NCBI GenBank assembly: GCA_048886685.1
Contig: JBHLKM010000002.1
Coordinates: forward strand, 327,532 to 391,531
Direction: 5' to 3'
DNA from: Candidatus Hodarchaeota archaeon
GTDB taxonomy: Archaea > Asgardarchaeota > Lokiarchaeia > Sigyniarchaeales > SOKP01
DNA length: 64,000 nucleotides
Made by a program: the position numbers and the translations under genes. Each line of letters starts with the position of its first letter. Position 1 is the stretch's first letter. This document shows positions 9,760 through 18,094 of the stretch, piece after piece. The notes under the pieces were generated by a model. That model saw nothing but the letters and a program-made list of their open reading frames with translations. It was not told the DNA's origin and did no database searches.

Positions 9760-10157
9760 ATGTTTTGTTAATACCATAGGGATTATGAAATTGTAAGGAC
9801 ATTTGGAGACACAGTTTAAATAATTACAACATTGATTTATATTCTTTTTATTGAACTCAATTAACTTTTTATTATTTTTTAAGTTATAAGTAAGATAAAA
9901 TAAATTTTGAAAGTAAAAATCATTCTCTAAACATTTTTTACAAACATTATATCTTAACCTTCTACCAATGAAATTACTTCTATTGCCTTATTTTCTCAAA
10001 CACTAACACATTTCAGACAACCTTTGCATTTATTATAGTCTACATATCTTAAGGAATTTCTAAAAAATATTGCTTTCGAGGGGCAAGAATGTGAGTATTT
10101 TTGACAAAGAATACAAAATTGGGGATTAATATTTATAGGGAATAGTTTTTCCATCAT
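9760..10157 (-). pseudogene. Degraded (poly)ferredoxin gene
   Basis: MMEKLFPININPQFCILCQKYSHSCPSKAIF...CKGCLKCVSV*(TGA 9998-9996)ENKAI, then frameshifted remnants YNVCKKCLE and LNCVSKCPYN; 3' limit approximate. Confidence 0.7.
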
Positions 10158-10171
10158 TTATTTATAAATAA

Positions 10172-10555
10172 TCAAATATATGACTCATTGAGATTTTCTA
10201 GAGCGTTTGACACTTCTGGATTCATATGGTGCTCGATTTCACATGATAATTGCTGTACTAAATTCTTATTTTTCAATTTTAAAACACGAGAAAAGAAATT
10301 AATTAAGGAATTATAATTTTTGATGATATTCAGGGCAATTTCTTTGCCTTTTTTTGTTAATCTAATAGATTTTCTCGGTTTCCAATCTATATATTCATGT
10401 TCTCTCAGATTATATAACATATTAGTTACTGAGGATGGTTTAACATCTAAAAAATTTGAAATCTCCGAGTTAGAGGTCCACCCACCCTTATTATTTTTTG
10501 AAATCAAATAAATTGCTTTTAAATAATCTTCATAGCTTTTATGAATATTAGTCAT
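10172..10555 (-). CDS. DtxR/MntR family metal-dependent regulator
   Basis: EDYLKAIY, VKPSSVTNML, LTKKG, CEIEH. Confidence 0.9.
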   Translation of the reverse strand: MTNIHKSYEDYLKAIYLISKNNKGGWTSNSEISNFLDVKPSSVTNMLYNLREHEYIDWKPRKSIRLTKKGKEIALNIIKNYNSLINFFSRVLKLKNKNLVQQLSCEIEHHMNPEVSNALENLNESYI

Positions 10556-10604
10556 TTTTTGATAAAAACCTCTTTAAAATTATAAAAAATTAAAAAAAAT
10601 GTGA

Positions 10605-10949
10605 TTATTCTTCTTTTTCTAATTCAGTAATTCTTTTTGAGATATCATCTATTGTGCTTTTTATGGTATTCATCTCTGATTCTAGATAATCTTTCTGTTG
10701 TTTAAGCATACTTAATTGATTTTCTGGGATAATTCTTGACATGATTGGTGGTGCATATTGTGGATAAATTGGAACTCCATAACTTCTGCCCCAACCTCTA
10801 CCATATCCCATACCTCTTCCTCGCCACCATCCTCGACCCATTCCCGGACCTTTTGTATATCCTGGCGTATCATAACCTGCACAATATCCTAAACCTCTAC
10901 CTGTCATTGACCCTAATCCTCTAGGGCCAGTTCTATCTCCACTTGGCAT
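10605..10949 (-). CDS. DUF5320-type Gly/Arg-rich protein
   Basis: MPSGDRTGPRGLGSMTGRGLGYCAG, GRG repeats, C-terminal coiled coil; usual neighbour of NifX/ORP genes. Confidence 0.85.
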   Translation of the reverse strand: MPSGDRTGPRGLGSMTGRGLGYCAGYDTPGYTKGPGMGRGWWRGRGMGYGRGWGRSYGVPIYPQYAPPIMSRIIPENQLSMLKQQKDYLESEMNTIKSTIDDISKRITELEKEE

Positions 10950-11016
10950 TTTTTATTTTTCACCTCACTTATTTTTTTTCTAAGTTAATATAAGATATAC
11001 TCAAATATAAACTTAC

Positions 11017-11030
11017 TGAATGATTATTCA
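11017..11030. promoter_or_regulatory. Operator TGAAT-GATT-ATTCA
   Basis: Exact core upstream of the DUF5320-dtxR genes. Confidence 0.72.
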
Positions 11031-11076
11031 CAATAGCCTCTCATCATAAGGGAATACATTTATACCTAGGTTTTTT

Positions 11077-11092
11077 GTGAATGATAATTCAC
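11077..11092. promoter_or_regulatory. Operator GTGAAT-GATA-ATTCAC
   Basis: Second exact core, about 61 bp from the previous one. Confidence 0.72.
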
Positions 11093-11268
11093 TATAATTA
11101 TATGTAAAAATATGAAATTTTAAAATTTTTCACTTTTAATAGAATTATTCAAAAATTGATGCTTTTCTTTATTAGATAATCTTATTAATAAAATTTCTAC
11201 ATTTTGATTAACTTTATTTTCTTGAACTATGAATTCCTTTATTTTAATATCAGATAAATCTTTTTTTA

Positions 11269-11282
11269 TTAGGTACAACTAA
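11269..11282. promoter_or_regulatory. Putative DtxR/MntR box TTAGGTACAACTAA
   Basis: Imperfect palindrome resembling the DtxR-family TTAGGTTAACCTAA box; near-identical copy upstream of intact feoA. Confidence 0.6.
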
Positions 11283-11359
11283 TAATATTAAATATGAATA
11301 ATCAATATGCTTAATTAGGATTGAAGAATTAATCTTTGTTGAAATGAAATATCATAGAT

Positions 11360-11615
11360 ATGTTATTTAAAGGCAATTCTAACAAGCCCAAACATAAAAT
11401 TCCTATATTAGGTTCTTTAAATGAAATTCCAATAGGGAAAGAATTTACAATACTTCGAGTTAATGCCGGTTATTATGTTAAGGAAAAAATTGACTGTTTA
11501 GGAATTATTCTTGGTTGCTCCTTTTCGAGGACCAATCGAGATAGAAGTAAAGGGAAGTTCTTTAATACTTGGTAGGGGATTAACATCCAAAATTATTGTG
11601 CTTATTATTGATTAG
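11360..11615 (+). pseudogene. feoA: feoA pseudogene (internal ~23-nt deletion, frameshift)
   Basis: ...ILRVNAG...LGIILG then shifted frame APFRGPIEIEVKGSSLILGRGLTSKIIV*; matches 17723 FeoA lacking VKIIKKKA. Confidence 0.82.
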
Positions 11616-11693
11616 TTTTATTGGTTAATATAATCCATTTAGAAAGAAAATCAGAAAATTTGAAGTCTTTTTTCTTTTGCTGTAAATTTTTTA

Positions 11694-12221
11694 TTATTTT
11701 TCCTCATATCTTTTTTCCAACACTACCATAATTGGCCTGAATCCTGTACTCCCAAAGACTTTAAGCAATTTTTCTGGGGTTTTATAACCAAGATTAATTC
11801 TTATTAACTCACATCCCCAGGATCTTAATATTTGTGTAGCTTTATCTGCTAAGATTTTACCTATATTATTGCCTATAAATTCTTTTTTGATTGCCCAATT
11901 TTCCAAGTAACCAATGTATTGGCCTAATGTATTTTTTGAGGCTTCGATCATTCCCATACCTATGACTTCATTAGTTGATTTCAGTTCAGCAATCAAAGTT
12001 ATTCGTTTTAAATTAGGTTTAAATAGCCTTAAACCAGATGAGGGTCTCCATTGTGTTTTATTTAAACCAATGTTGTAAATATCGCTAAGCTGTATTAAGA
12101 TTTCTAAAGTGGCTTGATAATCAGTAGTTTTATAATTTCTAATTATAATCTGACTTTTGTTGAATTTCTTCTTAGGTATATATCTTTCTTTTTTCACTTC
12201 AAAATTCACTATAATTACCAC
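11694..12221 (-). CDS. GNAT-family acetyltransferase-like protein
   Basis: IRNY..D, GYLENWAIKKEFIGNNIGKIL motif A-like, GF. Confidence 0.7.
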   Translation of the reverse strand: MVIIVNFEVKKERYIPKKKFNKSQIIIRNYKTTDYQATLEILIQLSDIYNIGLNKTQWRPSSGLRLFKPNLKRITLIAELKSTNEVIGMGMIEASKNTLGQYIGYLENWAIKKEFIGNNIGKILADKATQILRSWGCELIRINLGYKTPEKLLKVFGSTGFRPIMVVLEKRYEEK

Positions 12222-12238
12222 ATTCTCTAAGTTTTTTC

Positions 12239-12252
12239 TGAATAAATATTCA
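12239..12252. promoter_or_regulatory. Operator TGAAT-AAAT-ATTCA
   Basis: Exact core 18 bp upstream of the GNAT start. Confidence 0.72.
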
Positions 12253-12454
12253 TAATATATAAAGAATCAATACTATATATATGTAAGCTTATCTCAAATT
12301 GCTCCAAACCTCAAATTTCATCAGATCTTAAGATTACAAAGTATAGATAAGATCTATCCTTTAGTTTTGTATCAAGACAAAATCAGATTTTGTTGAATAT
12401 TGTTTCGAGGATTTAGAGGGATAATTTTTAACTACAAATTAATTTTATATTTTC

Positions 12455-12468
12455 TGAATAATTATTCA
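12455..12468. promoter_or_regulatory. Operator TGAATAATTATTCA
   Basis: Perfect 14-bp palindrome upstream of cdhA. Confidence 0.72.
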
Positions 12469-12532
12469 TTAGATTTTTATAAGTTTGAATCATTTAATTA
12501 TTTAAATTAAAATAGAATTAAATTAAAATAAA

Positions 12533-12546
12533 TGAATAAACATTCA
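12533..12546. promoter_or_regulatory. Operator TGAAT-AAAC-ATTCA
   Basis: Exact core 35 bp upstream of the cdhA ATG, just downstream of a TTTAAATT TATA-like element. Confidence 0.72.
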
Positions 12547-12580
12547 AAAATTAAAATCCTAAAAATCGAATGAAAAACTT

Positions 12581-14929
12581 ATGAGTAGAAAAAGTGCGAG
12601 AATAAAGATTGATGAATATAAAGGTCCTATAGGCTTAATAAAAGGATTCGAATTAACAACAGGTAATATAAGTTTTGGTGATGAAACAGAATGGGAACCA
12701 ATGGGTCCGCATCCAATGCCACATATTCCAACTCTACGTAGCTGGTTTTTTAAGTTAATGGAACGATATAAACCATTTTATATGCCTATTTGCGATATGT
12801 GTTGTCTTTGTACTTATGGGAAATGCAATCTTTCAAAAGGACGAACTGGAGCCTGTGGAATTAACATGGAAACCCAACAAGCTAGAATAGTTGAAATAGC
12901 TTGTTGTATTGGCGCAGCATGTCACAGTGCTCATGGAGATCATTTATTACATTGGCTTAAGGAGAAGTATGGAAATGTCCCAATTAATTTTGGCAATAAT
13001 ATTGAGGTTGAAATGCCACATACTCGATTAGTAATAGGAATGAAACCAGAAACATTAGAAGACCTTGAAACTGCAATGGAATGGGTACATTTCACCATCA
13101 CTCATTTACTTGCAGCAGGACATACAGGACAAGAATCAAATTATCTAGATTTTGAATCAAAAAGTTTTCTAGCTGGTTTAGCAGATTCAGTTGGAATGGA
13201 AATCTCAGATGCGGCTCAAATCGCAGCATATGGTTTTCCTATGGGTGAACCTAATGTTCCTATTGTTGAATTAGGAATGGGTACAATGGATCCTGAAAAT
13301 AAGGCCACAATTCTAATGATTGGTCATAATGTAGCTCCAGGAGTAGAACTTGTTGATTATATGCGAGAAAAAAATCTTGAAGATAAAGTAGATGTTGGAG
13401 CAATTTGTTGTACTGCCTTAGATTTAACTCGTTACTATTCCGCTGCCAAAATTGTTGGCTCACTTTCTCGTCAGATATTTTATATTCGTTCTGGATTAGC
13501 GGATGTTGTAATGGTTGATGAACAATGTGTTAACCTACGTAGTTTTGAACAAGCAAAATTAGTAAATGCACCATTTATTGCTACAAATGAAAAAATAATG
13601 GGAGGATTACCCGATAGGACAAATGATTCTGCTGAAGAAATAATAGATGATTTAGTTAGTGGCAAAATGGATGGAGTACTAATTTTGGATCCCATAAAGG
13701 CAGGAAAGGTGGCTGTTGAAACTGCTATTAAAGTCAGACCTTTAAGAAAAGCCAAGAGTGGAATTCCCGATGAGCAGAGTTGTATCAATATGGCAATGAA
13801 CTGTAATGGTTGTGGTAATTGCCAGAGGAATTGTCCAAATGATTTACCTCTCGTTGCTGGTATAGAAGAGGTAAAAGATGGTGATTTTTCAATATTACTA
13901 GATGTGTTTGATTCTTGTTTAGATTGTGGTAGATGCGAGTCTGATTGTATGAAAGAAGTATCTCCTTTAACTTTAATCATGTATGCTGGAAGGGAAAAAA
14001 TACGGAATGAAAAATATAATTGTAGAGCTGGGAGAGGCCCGATTATGGATACAGAAATTAGGAATGTAGGTGCCCCAATCGTCTTAGGAGAAATTCCAGG
14101 TATTGTTGCGATAATTGGATGTGCAAATTACGCCAAAGATATTCAGGAATTATATCTAATGGCAGAAGAATTTTGTAAGAGAAATTATATTGTAGTAGTA
14201 TCTGGATGTGGAGCGATGGATATTGGTCTCGTAAAGGATGAGGAAGGAAAAACTTTGTATGATAGATTTCCTGGTGATTTTGACAGAGGGGGCTTAATAA
14301 ATGTAGGATCATGTGTTTCAAATCCTCATATTACTGGGGCAGCAATTAAAGTAGCAAATATATTCGCAAGACGTCCATTACGAGGAAATTTTGAAGAAAT
14401 TGCGGATTATATTTTAAACCGTGTTGGAGCCGTTGGTGTTGCATGGGGCGCAATGTCTCAGAAGGCAGCTAGTATCGCAAGTATGGCTAATAGTGCAGGT
14501 ATTCCCGCAGTTCTAGGTCCCCATTCTGCAGAATATAGGAGAATGTACATTGGTAGATCAGATGATGAAAACTCTTGGAAGGTCTTTAACGCTAGAGATG
14601 GGACACCAGATCATTTAATAGGTCCTGGTCCAGAACATTTGTTAACTACTGCTGAATCAATCGAACAAGCAATTTGTTTAGTTGCTAAAATGTGTTTAAG
14701 ACCAGCTGACAATTCCAAAGGGAGAATGATAAAATTATCTCACTGGATTGATTTAGAAAGAAAATATAAAGGTGTAGATTTTCCTAATGATTTAGAAAAA
14801 TTTATTCGTGTTGAGGCTGATATCCCGATTAATATAAAAACTGAAATCTTAGACTATTTAGAGGAGAAGGAGTGGACATCAAAAGATTTAATCGATCCTA
14901 CCCTGCTTAAGAGAATTTGCCGTGAATAA
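12581..14929 (+). CDS. cdhA: CO dehydrogenase alpha subunit (archaeal ACDS-type CdhA)
   Basis: CDMCCLCTYGKC, IGHNV, ICCT, CNGCGNCQRNCP / CLDCGRCESDC extra clusters, GCAN, SGCG, GSCVSN, SQKA. Confidence 0.95.
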   Translation: MSRKSARIKIDEYKGPIGLIKGFELTTGNISFGDETEWEPMGPHPMPHIPTLRSWFFKLMERYKPFYMPICDMCCLCTYGKCNLSKGRTGACGINMETQQARIVEIACCIGAACHSAHGDHLLHWLKEKYGNVPINFGNNIEVEMPHTRLVIGMKPETLEDLETAMEWVHFTITHLLAAGHTGQESNYLDFESKSFLAGLADSVGMEISDAAQIAAYGFPMGEPNVPIVELGMGTMDPENKATILMIGHNVAPGVELVDYMREKNLEDKVDVGAICCTALDLTRYYSAAKIVGSLSRQIFYIRSGLADVVMVDEQCVNLRSFEQAKLVNAPFIATNEKIMGGLPDRTNDSAEEIIDDLVSGKMDGVLILDPIKAGKVAVETAIKVRPLRKAKSGIPDEQSCINMAMNCNGCGNCQRNCPNDLPLVAGIEEVKDGDFSILLDVFDSCLDCGRCESDCMKEVSPLTLIMYAGREKIRNEKYNCRAGRGPIMDTEIRNVGAPIVLGEIPGIVAIIGCANYAKDIQELYLMAEEFCKRNYIVVVSGCGAMDIGLVKDEEGKTLYDRFPGDFDRGGLINVGSCVSNPHITGAAIKVANIFARRPLRGNFEEIADYILNRVGAVGVAWGAMSQKAASIASMANSAGIPAVLGPHSAEYRRMYIGRSDDENSWKVFNARDGTPDHLIGPGPEHLLTTAESIEQAICLVAKMCLRPADNSKGRMIKLSHWIDLERKYKGVDFPNDLEKFIRVEADIPINIKTEILDYLEEKEWTSKDLIDPTLLKRICRE

Positions 14930-15020
14930 TGTTGATAAACATTAAAAATATAAGAACAATTTAGAATATGAAATAAAAACCTCTTTATTTTTTATTAAAA
15001 AAAGATGGGTTGAATTTTTA

Positions 15021-16043
15021 GTGATTAAAACTGAAATTTCACTTCTAACAAATAATCACATCACGCCATTTCAAAATCTCTATAAAGAGCAAAGGATAAA
15101 ATGTGTTGAATTTAACAAATTGTTCGCAACACGCTCCCTAGCAGAACACGGATTAGGATTTTTAATTAATATTTATGGAATTGATAACAACAATGATCTA
15201 TATGAAAAGAAAATATTGTCAAAAATAATATTTGATACAGGGAGCTCTAATTTAACTTTTATACATAACTTAAATATTCGAGGTTATCAAATATATGATA
15301 TCAATAGCATTATTTTGTCTCATTGGCATTACGACCATACAGGAGGATTATATAGGATTTTACAAGGTATAGAAGACAAGATACCCGTAATCTGCCATGA
15401 ATCTGCTCAATTTGAAAGATTTTTTAGGAGAACGGATGATATTAAATTTAGAGATTTAATAGGGAAGACGAGGAGAGAAATTCTACCAATGTTATCAGCA
15501 TCTAAAATTATTAACCAAGAGCCTATAGATGTAAAAAAAATTAAAAATTTAGGTGGCAAAGTCATATTCTCTAAAAACAATTATGAACTTTTTAACTTCG
15601 ATGGCTTAAAAATAATTATTAGCGGTGAAATTCCTAGAAATTATGATATTGAAGATTTCAATTCCTTTTATTTGCTTCACGACAATATAATTAAAAATGA
15701 TAAGATATTAGATGACAAATGTCTAATATTTGAATATGAAAATAATATAGTCTTATTAACTGGTTGTTGTCATTCAGGGATAATGAATACACTTAATTAT
15801 ATAAAATCTATTACAGACAAACCGATTAGCCATATAATAGGAGGTTTTCATATGGCTTATGCTTCGAATCAGCGTATTAAAGAGACAATAAAATATTTAA
15901 AATCATTTCAAAAATATGAAAATCCTCTATATTTGTTCCCTCTTCATTGTTCTGGAGAAAAATTTCTATTTGAGTTAATAAAAGCGAATAATCCTAATTT
16001 AAAGGCATTCAATATGAGTGTAGGAACAGTTTTTAATTTTTAA
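15021..16043 (+). CDS. MBL-fold metallo-hydrolase (MJ0301/COG1237-like)
   Basis: AEHGLG, FDTG, SHWHYDHTGG, GCCHSG, GGFH, HCSG. Confidence 0.85.
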   Translation: MIKTEISLLTNNHITPFQNLYKEQRIKCVEFNKLFATRSLAEHGLGFLINIYGIDNNNDLYEKKILSKIIFDTGSSNLTFIHNLNIRGYQIYDINSIILSHWHYDHTGGLYRILQGIEDKIPVICHESAQFERFFRRTDDIKFRDLIGKTRREILPMLSASKIINQEPIDVKKIKNLGGKVIFSKNNYELFNFDGLKIIISGEIPRNYDIEDFNSFYLLHDNIIKNDKILDDKCLIFEYENNIVLLTGCCHSGIMNTLNYIKSITDKPISHIIGGFHMAYASNQRIKETIKYLKSFQKYENPLYLFPLHCSGEKFLFELIKANNPNLKAFNMSVGTVFNF

Positions 16044-16152
16044 AATAATTTAAAACTATTTTATCCTGATTTACACTAAATATCCAATTTACTTTGACTA
16101 GATATTAGATTAAAAAATACGTTTATTGTTTATGGAGATGAGGATTAGAGCA

Positions 16153-17181
16153 TTATATTTGGAAAAACATTAATTTTAAGATTACGTAAAATCCATAAAA
16201 ACCTATTAATAGTCCAGCTTCCCACTGTTTAAGCTTTTTTTGAGACCACAAGAACGAGATTGCAATTGATAGACCAACAAGAAGCAATGGTATATCGAAA
16301 AATAATAATATTGGAGTTACATTAAAATCAATAAATAATACACCTGATCCAGTTGCTAGTAGTATATCGCAGATATTAGAGCCCAAGATATCACCTATAG
16401 CAATTCCACACGATCTTCGTCGTAAAGCTGTTAAATCCGCTACAAGCTCGGGTAAGCTCGTACCTATTCCTACGATTAATAACCCAATTACATTTTCGGG
16501 AATATTTAATTCTGTTGCTAACCTATGCGCCGAGATAATCGTAAATTCTGCTCCAATCAACAAAATAAAGAGTCCAATTAATAAAATACCAATTTCTTTT
16601 AGGGTTGACGATGTTTTTATAGGATTCTCGATGATTTCAAAATCTTTAGTTTGTAATCTTTCTTCTTTCATATTGTGGATTTCTAATCCTGTTTTTATAA
16701 TTTTTTTTTCGCTCCAAATTATTATTAATAAGTATGCTATGTATGCAATTATCATTAAAATACCCTCAATGCGAGATAAAACACCATCAATAGCAAATAT
16801 CAAAAATATGAATATTGAAATAAATAACATTGGTCCTTCTCGTCTTAACTCCCATTTGCTAACCATAATGGATTGACTTATACCCAAAATCCCTAAAATA
16901 AGCGTAATTTGGGTAAGAAAAGAGCCAATTTTATTTCCGATTACAATTCCATCGATTGTTGTATCTATTCCTGTTAGTTTGTCGATACCTCCCATGATAC
17001 TTACTGTGATTTCAGGCAAACTAGTACCAATTGCTAAAATAGTGAGCCCCACTAATAAATGACTTATGCCTAAACGGTTAGCTATGCTTTCAAGCCCAAT
17101 TATGGCAAATTTAGCACCAAAATATAAACCGATAAAACCTAATAAAAGAAATCCAATAATTAAAGTTAATATTAATAACAT
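16153..17181 (-). CDS. Ca2+/Na+ antiporter (YrbG family)
   Basis: Two alpha repeats GTSLPE; GSNI; about 10 TM helices. Confidence 0.9.
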   Translation of the reverse strand: MLLILTLIIGFLLLGFIGLYFGAKFAIIGLESIANRLGISHLLVGLTILAIGTSLPEITVSIMGGIDKLTGIDTTIDGIVIGNKIGSFLTQITLILGILGISQSIMVSKWELRREGPMLFISIFIFLIFAIDGVLSRIEGILMIIAYIAYLLIIIWSEKKIIKTGLEIHNMKEERLQTKDFEIIENPIKTSSTLKEIGILLIGLFILLIGAEFTIISAHRLATELNIPENVIGLLIVGIGTSLPELVADLTALRRRSCGIAIGDILGSNICDILLATGSGVLFIDFNVTPILLFFDIPLLLVGLSIAISFLWSQKKLKQWEAGLLIGFYGFYVILKLMFFQI

Positions 17182-17629
17182 AGCTCCAATTATTTTTTTG
17201 AAAGGCCCCTATAAAGATAAAATTTTAATGACAACAATTTTAAGTTTAAATTTAATATAAAGTTATCCATTCTTTATCCAAAGATTATCCATATCTCGGA
17301 TATAACCCATCCATCTCTATTCGATAAAAAATACTTAATAGATTAAAGTCTTCTATAAATGCCATAAGATTTATTTCTAAATTTTTTAGAGAAAATTGGA
17401 TTTCTAGAATCCCTATAGTTTCTCATCCAAAAACTTCAAATACAATATCACCAACAGCAACAATATTCCAAAACTATTCAATTTGAAAACTATTTAATCA
17501 TGATTTGCACTAAATATCCAAATTATTTTTAGGAATTGGTGTACTAAAAAACATATTTATTGTTTGTGGCAGTGATTCTCTGTTTAATCAAAATTATTTA
17601 TAAAAAATAAAAGGAAATAAATTTTTATC

Positions 17630-17643
17630 TTAGGTGCAACTAA
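17630..17643. promoter_or_regulatory. Putative DtxR/MntR box TTAGGTGCAACTAA
   Basis: Upstream of feoAB, followed by TAATTTTAAATATGA (TATA-like), as at 11269. Confidence 0.62.
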
Positions 17644-17722
17644 TAATTTTAAATATGATTCATGATTTATAATATTATAGAAAGAAAAATTATATTAAAA
17701 AAAACCTCGATGGAATCAAAAA

Positions 17723-17992
17723 TTGGAAATTCATAAAGATATACCTTTAATAAAGTGTTTAATTGATTGCACAAAAGAAGAAGAACTTATAATATTAAGC
17801 GTAAATGCGGGTCATAATGCTAAAAGAAGACTTGCTAATTTAGGAATTATTCCCGGAGTTAAAATAATCAAGAAAAAAGCAGCTCCTTTTCGAGGTCCTA
17901 TTGAGATAATTGTGAAAGGATCATCACTAGTTATTGGTAGAGGTCTGGCAACAAAAATATTTGTAAAATGTGTTGGTCCTAAAACTTTTTAG
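17723..17992 (+). CDS. feoA: Ferrous iron transport protein A
   Basis: RRLANLGIIPG, APFRGPIEI, IGRGLA. Confidence 0.92.
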   Translation: MEIHKDIPLIKCLIDCTKEEELIILSVNAGHNAKRRLANLGIIPGVKIIKKKAAPFRGPIEIIVKGSSLVIGRGLATKIFVKCVGPKTF

Positions 17993-18094
17993 TCATTTAA
18001 GATTCGATCTTAAACATTTCTTTCTATAGTAAGTATAGTTTTCAGAAAAAGAAATACGTATCCATAAACCTATACAAAAGCAGAGTACAAGTAA

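Noticed and set aside
9996-9998. TGA at a ferredoxin Cys position as possible selenocysteine
   Set aside because: The same gene has Cys->Tyr changes and frameshifts, and I saw no SECIS; a nonsense mutation is simpler
13260-14321. Antisense and alternate-frame ORFs inside cdhA (likewise in feoB, fwd, FabK and A2M genes)
   Set aside because: Shadows of well-supported genes
17260-17560. Minus-strand stretch NIVAVGDIVFEVFG*ETIGILE... with an internal TGA
   Set aside because: No start, no recognisable family and no SECIS seen; at most an unidentifiable remnant
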